From NCBI GenBank assembly GCA_047967505.1, contig CM106538.1: DNA of 64,000 bases; one strand, written 5' to 3'. Below are positions 48,618-59,726 of this stretch, one piece after another (position 1 is the stretch's first letter; each line of letters starts with the position of its first letter). Origin of the DNA: Dipteris shenzhenensis (lineage: Eukaryota). The notes under the pieces are model-generated. The model was given only the letters and a program-made list of their open reading frames with translations. It made no database searches and was not told the DNA's origin. Both the position numbers and the translations under genes were made by a program.

Positions 48618-51600
48618 TGTTGGGGTAAAGGCACATTGCCACCCTTTAAAAGTTATGACCCCTATGACTGTCTTAAGACAGTCATAGGGTGAATCCCTAA
48701 TCCTAATAAAACCTATGAGTTTGTGGTGTGGCTCAACACATTTTTTTCACACACCCACACTTCTTGTGTCTCCCTCTCTCTGTCTCCATTGTTCCACTCC
48801 CTCTCTCTTTCCCTCACAAGTGGTATCAGAGCCTCTACCTCTCCCTCTCATTTCGGTCTACCCCTCCTCTCTACCCCTTCCTCTCCCCTCGGGCCTCATG
48901 CCCTCAGCAACGAGCGGGCGCGGCAGCAACAGAGCGCGCGCGCAGCACGCAGGAGCAGCCGCGCGCAGCAGGTCGCGCGCGCGCAGCGCGCAGGAGCAAC
49001 CGCGCGCAGCAGGTCGCGCGCGAGCAGCTATAGCTACAGCAGCAGCTAGCTGCTGCTAGCTGCTACCCGCCTATCGACGGCTGCAGCCTACCAGGCGGGC
49101 GCAGCTAGCGCGCGCAGCACCATCCGCGCGCAACCAGGCTGCACAACAGCCGTGCCGGAGCGACCAGTACAACCAACCGTACCGACTGTACGAAAACCGT
49201 ACGGCAACCGTACCGGCTGTACGGTCGCGTGACCAGCAACAGCCGGCTGCACACAGGCAGCCGACCTCCATCAGCGGGCGAGGACGTGTGCAAGACCTTC
49301 GACATTTTTTTTGGGGGATCCGTGCCCTTACAGGTACAGGGTACAGCAGGTACCCTGCGCAGGTACAGAAGGTACAACAGGCACAGATTTTTTTTTGGGG
49401 AAAGAAGGAAAAGAGAGAGCACTCTGCTCTGCATTCCCGGAATTTTTTTTTCAGTTCTAAAACTGTGTGTTTGAGGTACAGCAAGTACACTCGTGTCCCT
49501 CGTGCTTGAGGTGACTAGTGCCACAGTGTGTGGTGGTTGCACAGTTATTTTGTTTCGGGAAGGTCAGATGCCTTAATTTGCAGAGGGCTTTTATGCTTTT
49601 GCTGAGTGCAAATCTCAGTTTTCGGGTGACAATTTCAAAGGGCTTTTGCCTGGAAGTGTATGCCTTGAGGCAGTGTGGAGCCAGGGTGCCCACATTGGTC
49701 TTGTTTCCGCAGTATACTCAGTGACATTTCTTGCAGGTCACATTCTGTGTATGACACTTTGAAAATCTCAATTGAGCCACGCTTGGCCAGGGCGCATCGA
49801 GTTTACTCGGTCCCTAACTGTCCATCGTTGACAGTGCTCAAAAGATTTTCTTTTTCGGTGTTTGTACGTTGGGATCTGTGTTGTTACTGTGTACACAGGG
49901 CCGTTTATGCATTACTTTGTCAGGTGAAAGTGCCAGGAGAGCGCTGTATTTTGTATGCTACCTCAGTGTTGAGGTGTTTTTCACTTGGTATAGTTGTCAA
50001 ATCAAGGGGCTTTTGCCCAGATTTTGCTTGTGAGCACTTGAGTTACTGTTTGAGACCTTCAGATGCCTTTTATCCCTTGGCAGAAGGGTGATTACTTGGG
50101 ATTTGTCCCATACTTTGTTGCAGGTTTGTGACAGGCTGAGGTGTTTGGAGCCTTTTTCAGTGGACAAAACAGTGTATGACAAGCGGTTTATGCATATAAA
50201 ATCAGTGCAATACCTCATCTGAGGTGGGAGAAGTGTCCAGGACAGCAGTGTTTTGTGCTTCGTCAGATGATGATGCACTGATAAAGCACTTGTGGAACAG
50301 CTGCAGCATTCTGAAGTTACTGTTTTATGCCTATTTGAGCACGGAACAGTGTGTCAGAAGGTACAGTGACTGGAGGGAAAATTTTCTGTTTTGCTGCAGA
50401 TTTTTTGACAGTAAAAAACAGCACTATTGTGAGTGCTCCTGGCTCTTGATAGAGCAGTTTTTCTGAGAAATCAGAATTTTATTTAGTCATTTTTTACTTA
50501 CAGGGAGTCAGGCACTTTCCTTATCTGATATGGCATCAGGGGGAAGTGAATCTTCAATACTGAACATAAAGAAATTGGAAGGGGCACACAATTATGCATT
50601 ATGGGCAGAACAGTGTTTGAATGTACTTCTGCTAAAGAAGATTTCTAAGCCCATAAGGGTGAAGGGTGTCAAGCCATCTGGGATGGCAGATGATGAGTGG
50701 GAGGAGCTTGATTTGTCCGCAAGGGCTGCTATCATGCTTACTCTCACTGATTCTCTTGTGTTCAATGTTCAGGCTGAAAAGACCTCTTATGGCCTATGGC
50801 AAAGGCTAGAAGAGTTGTATGCCCAAACGAGCTCAGCCAGTAAGGTTTATTGGTTGAAGAAGCTTGTCGACCTTCGCATGAAGGAAGGTACAGCTATGAC
50901 CTCACACTTGAGTGAGTTCAATGCCATCTTTACACAGCTTATTGCACAGGGATTGAACCTTGATGAGGAGTTCAAGGCTACTTTCTTGTTGTGTACCCTC
51001 CCTGAGAGTTGGGACACTTTCAAGACCACTCTGTCAAATTCAAATGTCACTCTTATGTATGCTGATGTGGAGAGCTCTCTCCTTATGGAGGAGATGAGCA
51101 GGAAGAATAATATGGGCAGCAAGTCTTCCAATGCTTTGCAGGTACAAGAAAGAGGTAGGACTCAGCAGAAGGGGAGATCTGCTGGCAAGTCCAAATCCCG
51201 CAGTCAGTCCCGTGGCAAAAAGGACATTGAATGCTTTTACTGTGGCAAGAAGGGACATGTGAAGTCTAAGTGCTTCAAGTTTATACGGGATCAAAAAGCC
51301 AAGAAGGTTGAGACAAAGGATGCAGGCAGTGGAAGCAAAGGCAAAGGCAAGGCCAAGGCAGATGACTTGGATGCAGTGAATGTTGCAGCAGAGGACAGTG
51401 ACAGTGACAGACATGATGTATTATGTTCTTCTGCTGTAATTGCACATACATTGGTTATTGATGGCCATGACATGCACACCTGGCTCTTGGATTCAAGTGC
51501 TTCTTTTCATGTTACGCCTCATAGGGAGTGGTTTACTTCCTACACAGGTACTCATGGAGTTGTTCACCTTGGGAACAACTATGCATGTCAGATTGCAGGG

Positions 51601-54600
51601 ATTGGCAGTATACAGATAGTATTCCCTGATGGACGCATATTTATGCTTGATGGTGTACGCCATGTGCCGCAAATCAAGAAAAATCTGATTAGCACTAGTT
51701 TGTTGGATGACAGTGGTTACCACACCACATTTGGGGATTCCAAATGGGTGATTACTGATGGCCAGGTTGTAGTGGCTGAGGGTTATAAGAGTGATACCTT
51801 GTACCCTCTTTATGTTTCCAGTGTAGGTAATCATGTTGTTGCCATAACCGAGCTGCCAAAGGTTTCATTGTGGCATAGCCGGTTGGGACACATGTCCGTT
51901 AAAGGAATGCAAGAACTGTCACGTTTGGGTTATCTGCCGTCTCTTTCATTTTCAGATTTGCCTACTTGTGATCATTGCATATTTGGCAAGCATTCTATGA
52001 CTCCTCATAAGAGGAGAACTCCCCAGAATAGAGCACCGCTTGATCTAGTGCACACTGATTTGTGTGAGATGCCACAGCTATCACTAGGGGGTGCAAAGTA
52101 TTTCATTACTTTTATTGATGATGCCACACGCAAAGTGTGGGTCTATTTCTTGAAGCATAAGAGCGATGCCTTAGATGCTTTCAAGAAGTTTGTCGCTCAG
52201 GTTGAGAATCGGATAGGACGCAGGCTGAAATGCCTCAGATCCGATAATGGGGGTGAGTATGTGTCACATGCTTTTGTACAGTTTTGCGAAGCTAAGGGCA
52301 TTAAACAGGAACTCACAGCCCCTCATAATGCATCTCAAAATGGTGTGAGTGAGCGGATGAATCGAACTATTCAGGAGAAAGTTCGATGTATGTTGTCTTA
52401 TGCTGCATTGCCCCATGGCTTTTGGGCAGAAGCCGTGCAGACAGCAGTTCACCTAATTAACAGGTCGCCAAACAAGGCTTTGGAGCTGAAAGTGCCAGAG
52501 GAGGTGTGGTCTGGCAAGCCACCTTCATACAAGCACTTACGTGTGTTTGGCTGCGAGTGCTTTGCTCATGTACGCAAAGAACTGCGCACCAAACTGGAAC
52601 CAAAGTCTTTCAAATGCATCTTTATGGGTTACGGTGACGAAGGTGAAATGGGGTACAGGTTATGGGATCCCGTCAAACGGAAGATTATACGCAGCAATGA
52701 CGTCATCTTTAAAGAGGATAGTGTACACAAAGAACCCGTGCAACCTGTGGAATACAGAAGGGTTGTTTATGATGATGTCGGACAGCAAAGAATGCCCATT
52801 AATATGCAGCAGCAGGCTGCTGTAAATAACCCTGTTCAAGAGGGTATACAGGCTGAAAATCAGCCAGACAATTTTGCCAATGATGCACCACTGGATATGC
52901 CAGCAAATGGTTCTGTAGAACAGCCAAATATGGTGGTACAGCCACCCGTCATGCATGACGAACAGGCTAGACAGCAGCCTAATATGGAACATTTTGTTAG
53001 TAGGAGCACCCGTGTACAACGGCCTCCTGACAGGTTTGTTCCAGGAGCCAATAATGTGGCTGATTTGATCATGCTGACAGATTGTGGTGAGCCTTCCAGC
53101 TTCAGGGAAGCTATGGGAAGAACAGAGAAAAGGAAGTGGGAGAAAGCCATGCAATCAGAAATGGACTCCCTACTTCAAAATGATACATGGGACTTGGTGC
53201 AGCTACTTGCAGGCAGAAAGGTTTTGCCGTGCAAGTGGGTTTACAAAGTCAAAGTGGATTCAAATGCTTTACCGAGGTATAAGGCCAGATTGGTTGCCAA
53301 GGGATTTAAGCAGGAGAAGGGCATTGACTTTGATGAAATCTTTTCCCCTGTAGTCAAGATGACTACTTTGAGAGCAGTGTTAGCTCTTGTTGCTCATGAA
53401 GACATGGATTTATATCAGATGGATGTGAAGATTGCTTTTCTTCACGGAGATCTCCATGATGAGATCTACATGAGTCAGCCAGAGGGATATGCTGTTAAAG
53501 GGAAAGAGCAGCTTGTGTGTAAGCTCAAGAGGAGCTTGTATGGACTCAAGCAGGCGCCAAGGGAATGGTACAAGAAGTTTGATGCCTTCATGCAGTCCCA
53601 AGGGTATCATAGGTGTGAGACCGATCACTGCTTGTACACCAAACGGGCAAAGGATGGCAGTTTGATGCTACTCATTCTATATGTGGATGACATGCTGATT
53701 GCCAGCAAATCTCAGCAGGAGATTAGTGCTTTGAAGAAACAACTGCATAAGTCTTTTGACATGAAAGACTTGGGTGATGCAAACCATATTCTTGGTATGC
53801 GGATTATTCGTGACAGGTCCAAGGGACTTTTGTTTCTGTCACAGAAGGAGTACATTGACAAAGTACTGCAGAGGTTTAAAATGGAGGGGGGGAAGTCTAT
53901 TAGTACCCCGTTGCCTCCACATTTAAAACTCAGCAGTAAGGACAGCCCCAGATCAAATGATGATAAGGCTGAAATGGCCAAGGTTCCGTATGCATCTGCA
54001 GTTGGTTCTTTGATGTATGCCATGGTTGCCACTCGTCCGGATATTGCTTTTGCGGTGGGAGTCATCAGCAGGTATATGGCAAATCCAGGCAAGCGGCACT
54101 GGGAAGCAGTGAAAGGTGTCTTGAGGTATCTCAAGGGTACCAAAGACTTGTGCATATGCTATGGTAGGCAGGATGCATTGGTGCATGGTTTTACAGATTC
54201 AGACTATGCAGGGAATGCAGATAACCGGAAGTCTACTACCGGTTATATTTTCACATTTGCAGGAGGTGCTATATCATGGGTATCTCGGTTGCAGAAATGC
54301 ATTGCACTGTCAACCACTGAAGCTGAATATGTTGCAGCCACTGAGGCTTGCAAGGAAGCAATATGGCTTACTCGGCTGGTGGGAGATTTGGGCATTACAG
54401 GAGATATGCCAGTTTTGCATTGTGATAGTCAGAGTGCTATCATGTTGGCAAAGAATCCGGTCTTTCATCAGAAGACCAAGCACATAGATGTGAAATACCA
54501 TTTCATCAGGGAGGTACTGGAAGACAAGCGGCTTGAGCTTGTGAAGGTGCATACTGATGATAATCCTGCAGATTTGCTCACTAAGAGCTTGCCTACAGAG

Positions 54601-54939
54601 CGGTTTGCACATTGTCGCCACATCATGGGATTAGGATGAGACCATTCTTATTTTATGGTCTTGTATACAGTAACTGTATATTGCTGTAATTTTTATTCTT
54701 TTCTCCCCTTTAGGCACATTGGCCTTTAGGTGGGAGGTTGTTGGGGTAAAGGCACATTGCCACCCTTTAAAAGTTATGACCCCTATGACTGTCTTAAGAC
54801 AGTCATAGGGTGAATCCCTAATCCTAATAAAACCTATGAGTTTGTGGTGTGGCTCAACACATTTTTTTCACACACCCACACTTCTTATGTCTCCCTCTCT
54901 CTGTCTCCATTGTTCCACTCCCTCTCTCTTTCCCTCACA
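48618..54939 (+). mobile_element. Full-length young copia LTR retrotransposon, copia-D
   Basis: 201-bp LTRs 48618-48818 and 54739-54939 with one substitution seen. TSD GGGGT at 48613-48617 and 54940-54944; PBS at 48821. Confidence 0.98.
50530..54639 (+). CDS. copia-D Gag-Pol polyprotein, 1369 aa, uninterrupted
   Basis: Single ORF with zinc knuckle, LDSSAS protease site, FIDD/RSDNGGEY integrase, YVDD RT and RNase H. Confidence 0.97.
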   Translation: MASGGSESSILNIKKLEGAHNYALWAEQCLNVLLLKKISKPIRVKGVKPSGMADDEWEELDLSARAAIMLTLTDSLVFNVQAEKTSYGLWQRLEELYAQTSSASKVYWLKKLVDLRMKEGTAMTSHLSEFNAIFTQLIAQGLNLDEEFKATFLLCTLPESWDTFKTTLSNSNVTLMYADVESSLLMEEMSRKNNMGSKSSNALQVQERGRTQQKGRSAGKSKSRSQSRGKKDIECFYCGKKGHVKSKCFKFIRDQKAKKVETKDAGSGSKGKGKAKADDLDAVNVAAEDSDSDRHDVLCSSAVIAHTLVIDGHDMHTWLLDSSASFHVTPHREWFTSYTGTHGVVHLGNNYACQIAGIGSIQIVFPDGRIFMLDGVRHVPQIKKNLISTSLLDDSGYHTTFGDSKWVITDGQVVVAEGYKSDTLYPLYVSSVGNHVVAITELPKVSLWHSRLGHMSVKGMQELSRLGYLPSLSFSDLPTCDHCIFGKHSMTPHKRRTPQNRAPLDLVHTDLCEMPQLSLGGAKYFITFIDDATRKVWVYFLKHKSDALDAFKKFVAQVENRIGRRLKCLRSDNGGEYVSHAFVQFCEAKGIKQELTAPHNASQNGVSERMNRTIQEKVRCMLSYAALPHGFWAEAVQTAVHLINRSPNKALELKVPEEVWSGKPPSYKHLRVFGCECFAHVRKELRTKLEPKSFKCIFMGYGDEGEMGYRLWDPVKRKIIRSNDVIFKEDSVHKEPVQPVEYRRVVYDDVGQQRMPINMQQQAAVNNPVQEGIQAENQPDNFANDAPLDMPANGSVEQPNMVVQPPVMHDEQARQQPNMEHFVSRSTRVQRPPDRFVPGANNVADLIMLTDCGEPSSFREAMGRTEKRKWEKAMQSEMDSLLQNDTWDLVQLLAGRKVLPCKWVYKVKVDSNALPRYKARLVAKGFKQEKGIDFDEIFSPVVKMTTLRAVLALVAHEDMDLYQMDVKIAFLHGDLHDEIYMSQPEGYAVKGKEQLVCKLKRSLYGLKQAPREWYKKFDAFMQSQGYHRCETDHCLYTKRAKDGSLMLLILYVDDMLIASKSQQEISALKKQLHKSFDMKDLGDANHILGMRIIRDRSKGLLFLSQKEYIDKVLQRFKMEGGKSISTPLPPHLKLSSKDSPRSNDDKAEMAKVPYASAVGSLMYAMVATRPDIAFAVGVISRYMANPGKRHWEAVKGVLRYLKGTKDLCICYGRQDALVHGFTDSDYAGNADNRKSTTGYIFTFAGGAISWVSRLQKCIALSTTEAEYVAATEACKEAIWLTRLVGDLGITGDMPVLHCDSQSAIMLAKNPVFHQKTKHIDVKYHFIREVLEDKRLELVKVHTDDNPADLLTKSLPTERFAHCRHIMGLG

Positions 54940-55505
54940 GGGGTTCTAGTGTCTTGGTCTTTCTGTTAGTCTACAGTCAATCTTCTGTCTATCTAGTCTT
55001 GTCTGTCTGTCTATTTGTCTATCAATCTGATTGTGTTTTGTTTTAGATCCATCTTGTCCCTACCCTTGTGGACCCATATGAGGATATCACTTGAGGAGGG
55101 GTGTCTCACGATCTTTGTCTGTCATGACTTCTATCTTGTCTCTCAGTCTATCAGTCTTTATGTCTGTCTTCTAGTCTTGTCTTTCTGTCTTACTCCTAGT
55201 GTCCACTTAAGGAGGGTGTTGGAGATAAGTGCACACTAAGTGTACTATTTCCTAGTCTACATTTGTCTAAGTCTAGTCTAGTCTTTATGTCTTGAGTGTG
55301 TGTCATGTGGCACTTCTACAATTATCCCATAAGCACTCTTGCTTTATGTTTTGTACTTTGGCCCATATATTCATGGGTCACATCATTGTAATCTAACTGT
55401 CTAGCTTGTGTCTTGTCTACACTCTTCTCAAGGTATTTCTTGTCTTTCAATCTTGTTATTTCATTTCCAGTTTCTAGTTCTAGTTCTTGCTTCCATATTC
55501 CAACA

Positions 55506-56910
55506 AGTAGGACATGTCATCAGCATATAAGAGGATTTGATTCAAAGTGCCAATGAGAGAGCAACCAGTCCCCCCTATTGCCTCCTTGAAAGTCTCAAGC
55601 TCATCAATGTAAAGGACAAACAAGGTAGGTAACAACAAACAACCTTGTTTGACTCAAAACTGTGTCGGTACAGACCTTGTCTGAAACCCTCTCGTAGAGT
55701 GCCATAACGGCCCAAGCGATCTCCTAATCATAACCCGAATCCTGCAAGTGTCTAATAAGGGGGCTCTCTACATTGTATTAAAAGCTTTGCGAAAGTCTAT
55801 AAAGCACCAATATACCACCTGTCTTCATGCCCTAGCCTCCTCAATGACACCCCTGAGTGTGGGTATGTGATCTAGAGTCCTATGATCACGCCGAAATCCA
55901 ACCTATCCCTAAGCCTTGCATCTCTACAAATTAGATAACCTCTGTATTGGGACTGATGCATAAATCATGGACATGACATGCCCAATCATAGTGGTTCTGT
56001 AGTTTCCGAGCTCATGGGGTCCCTTGTCTTGTGAATGGGAGTGAGTAAAGAGTCTTAAGTGTGAGAAAAGCCTAAGCAAACCACTTCACTAAAAAGCTTT
56101 GCTGAGATCAGGTCCATTCTATATGCAATAAATTCAATGCATAAGTGCTCATGATCTTTCGCTAAACCATTAAGAAGCTTCAGGGTTGTGTGCTTGACAC
56201 CACTAGCTATGAAAAGAGTGCAAGAGGTAGGACAAGGTAAGTGTGAGATGTAAAGGGATGGCTAGTGGGGAATGTCATACAATGTGCATACATAGGAGTA
56301 CCATGTCTGGGTGTCTGTGAGAGGGGACAAAGCTCGCCGCTCGAGGAACTTTTACCAAAAGTCTTTGGAGTTGTTGCTAAACAAAATGTTTGTTGACTCT
56401 TCCTCATTCTGACAGACGAAAGCTTGCTTCTTCCTACAGACAAGACGCTGATATTCACACATGTCTCTGACTCACTTTGAAAGGTTATGCTTGGTCTCAA
56501 ATATGCATTGGCAGTGAAGAGCCTTGCATTCATAATCATATCAGCTATTGCAAGGTACAAAGCCAAGAAGTGAAGGACGGTTGGAATGAGTGGTATATGT
56601 GAAGGCATGAAGGGTAGCCTCGTGAAGCGAGTGGGTGATTAGAGTAGCTCAATCCTCTAGGAGCAATATAAAGTCAATATAGGTAAGTAGTGTGTAAAGT
56701 CATGTAGAGTATTTGAAAGAGAGACTACACTCAAAGTGAATATTGTGATAAGTGGGGTGATTGGGTGGTGTGGTGGGCTGTGTTGTGAGACCAGGAATGG
56801 ATATACTGCAAAAGAGGTAACAGTGATCTGCCCCCAGAGGGGTACTGAAATGGAGAAATCAGTGATATGAGAGGTGAGGGCAGGGGATCCCATGAGGTAG
56901 TCAACTACGC
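55506..56910 (-). mobile_element. Third decayed LINE ORF2 fragment
   Basis: VKQGCLLPTLFVLYIDE, DFRKAF and NYRTTMIGH-like motifs; homologous to ~33830-35140. Confidence 0.82.
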
Positions 56911-56911
56911 C

Positions 56912-57946
56912 GGAGAAAGCCTGATTGCAGACTTCACATCAATTTTTATGAAACGAATGGGGTTGTACTTATAAACGCTTCCATCAGCTCTCCTAATACA
57001 AGAAGACATGGGCACGCATCAGGTATAGTAGCAGGAAATCTAATGCATGTGGCATCATAAATGCCATACCATGCCTTCTCTACAAAAGGCAGCCATCTGC
57101 TGCAGTTCCATGTCTATATTTATGTGTTTTGCTTCTAGAATATCATCCTTACCAGTCAAATTTATATGTTTGATATTTCCTTGGATGCATATGTGAACTT
57201 CGACAATGATCATACAACAGCAGAGGAAGATGCAGACACGTACTTGCAAGAAGATGGAAAAGCATGGCATAGTAAATATGTCATCAATCTCCAATATGAA
57301 AGCACGACTGCCCATTTATGTCCACAGTTCTGCAACTGTGACAACTATCATGCAATAGCAAGCTTTTTAAATCAGTCAGATCTTGGAAATATAAAACTGT
57401 CATTTTATGGTGAACCATGCAACAGCTCAATGTGCCATCGGCATTCTCAAGAATGCCAATGAAATACAGAACAGTAACAAACTCGACACTGATCAAGACA
57501 TTTGGAACTCAAGCAATAATGAGACAACTAATGATCGAATCAGGCAACATAGAGCAGAGATACAAAGGCAAATACAATGTAAAAGGCAAAAGGCCAACTA
57601 GATCAATTAGCATGCAGACAAAGACATGCATACATCCCCAAATCTTTCCAAAGACTATCCTAGGCAATCAGCATTCTCAAGAATGCCAATGAAATACAGA
57701 TATTGACAGTAACAAACAACTGATCAAGACATATGGACTCAAGCAATACTGAGACGACTAATGATCAAATCAGGCTACATAGAGCAGAGATACAAATGCA
57801 AAGACAATGTAAAAGGCAAAAGGCCAACTATCAATTAGCAAAGTACTACTGCAGACGAAGACATGCATACATCCCCAAATCTTTCCAAAGACTATTCTAG
57901 GCTCTGCTTAACATAGTCATACGTGACTAATGAGCGAGAAAGCAAG

Positions 57947-57981
<35 letters not shown>

Positions 57982-58370
57982 GAGAGAGAGAGAGAGAGGG
58001 GGGGGGGGGGGGATGGACAATGATGATGTGAGAGAGAAGGGAGAAAGCCTGATTGCAGACTTCACACCAAATTTAATTAACCAATGGGGTTGAACGTATA
58101 CATGCTCCCATCGTCTCTCCCAGTAGAAGAAGACATGGGCACGCATCAGGCATAGTAGCAGGAGATCTAATGCATGTCGCCTCATAAATGCCATACCATG
58201 CCTAGCCATCTGTTGCAGCTCCATGTCTATATTTATGTGTTTTGCTTCTAGAATATCATCATGATGGACAATGATGATATGGGAGAGACGGGAGAAAGCC
58301 TGATTGCAGACTTCGCATCAAATTTAATGAGCAAATGGGGTTGAAGTTATATGCTCTCCCACCCGCTCTC
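56912..58370. repeat. Locally duplicated repeat block
   Basis: GGAGAAAGCCTGATTGCAGACTTC unit at 56912, 58040 and 58291; ~230-bp tandem duplication starting at 57441 and 57671. Confidence 0.88.
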
Positions 58371-58746
58371 CTTTCAAGACCCAACAATCCCTAGTTTACT
58401 CCGCTGACTTGACTAATATAAGAAGTAGCTTTGGTGTAGTGCGACGCTGCTCTCAGGATATTTAAACAATCTAGTTCAGTTCAAATCAGTTCATAAAACG
58501 ATCCCTGTGCGCATTCACAACCCGAACGCAAGTGGGGTCGACGCTTTTAAAGGCTTAAAGATAAAGGGCCAGGAAAAGTTTCGGTGTTGAGCATAGCAAA
58601 CACAACGTCCAGTCCCTGAGTATGTTATTCTTCCAAATCAGCGACGGCCGCGGACTACAGAATCCCATGACCCGCCATTGTGAAGAACAATGAGAGCTTA
58701 AATTGTCCAGAAGAAAATAAACTGCTCTAAGCTTCAAAAAGATTAC

Positions 58747-58892
58747 ATGTTTGCATGGTACTCCGATCTTCTTGAGTTTCATTCTTCTGATGAGAAGCAG
58801 CTGATCCAACAAAGGCACTTCCTTTACAATTTTGTCAACGTGGGCCTCGACGCCCTCGCCGATGCTCTTAAGGAAATCAGCCACTCCGACTT
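58747..58892 (-). CDS. mS41: Exon 2 of mS41/IGR-motif protein
   Basis: EVGVADFLKSIGEGVEAHVDKIVKEVPLLDQLLLIRRMKLKKIGVPCKH matches the IGR domain (plant VGIPEFL.GIG.GVE.H..K...LKKLGIPCKH). Acceptor ctcag, donor GTAATC. Confidence 0.92.
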
Positions 58893-58985
58893 CTGAGCAG
58901 TAAAAGAAGCGACCGGAGGCATGTGAGGAGGGAACAAATGCGAGAAAAAAGGGATTTTGGAATCTGTGAAAGAAGGCAGAGTTAC

Positions 58986-59103
58986 CAGGAGGAGCATTGG
59001 GTGGTGCCATTTGTTGGGTAGATAAGGGAGAAGCTACGTCGGTGGAAGTGCAGAAACGAGCCGAGGGAGGGCGCAGAAGCCGAAGCCAAGAACGGGCAGC
59101 CAT
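58986..59103 (-). CDS. mS41: Exon 1 of mS41/IGR-motif protein (mitochondrial presequence)
   Basis: ATG at 59103; MAARSWLRLLRPPSARFCTS is Arg/Ser/Leu-rich and free of acidic residues. Donor G|GTAACT. Exons total 118+146+72 = 336 nt = 111 aa + stop. Confidence 0.85.
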
Positions 59104-59660
59104 AGCCAAATGCTAAGGGCTACTCCTGCTACAGCTCACATTTCAAAATACAAAATTTCTCGCAAATTAAGAATGCTTCTCTCATATACTCCTCAACATC
59201 ACCACAAGACCTTTCCCATCTCCCCTCTCCTACTCTTCCATCCCATGGACCAGTAATAAATAGAATTGGAGCATGGCCGTCCCTTGTCCCCTTTCACTCC
59301 ACCCTCCCACCCATGGAGAAGGAAATAGAATTAGAGCATTACGGTCGGCGCATGTCGCTTTTATCGTGCTAATCTATGTCACCAATAGACGAGTTGGAGA
59401 CGATGGAAAGGGCCAATCATGTAGCAGTTGAAAGAGTTGGCCATGGAGTTGGCGGGGCCGAGCACAAATCTTTTATGTGAGTGTCAAAGCCCCTCTCCTT
59501 CTATATTGGGCCAATTAGAACAAGTGAGTACAAGTACTTATGAGCACTGCCTTCAAATTGGTTCTCTCAAAGGAAAACAATTGTCAAGATGAATAAATGA
59601 TTAATTTGCAACACTTGTGATGGAAGCCTGTGTATAGGAAAGTTTGAATGATTTGCAAAC

Positions 59661-59663
<3 letters not shown>

Positions 59664-59726
<63 letters not shown>

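Larger units (their letters stand above)
47386..55505 (+). mobile_element. Gag-only non-autonomous copia-derived element (TR-GAG-like), interrupted by copia-D, 5' LTR missing
   Basis: An open gag ORF is followed by only ~325 bp of non-coding DNA once copia-D is removed, then PPT AAGGAGGG and a 289-bp LTR 55217-55505 (TGTTGGA...TCCAACA). Confidence 0.7.

Noticed and set aside
58555-59109. 184-aa ORF as the complete protein
   Set aside because: It starts at TTG and reads through intron 1 and into intron 2; the spliced 111-aa model fits the IGR family.
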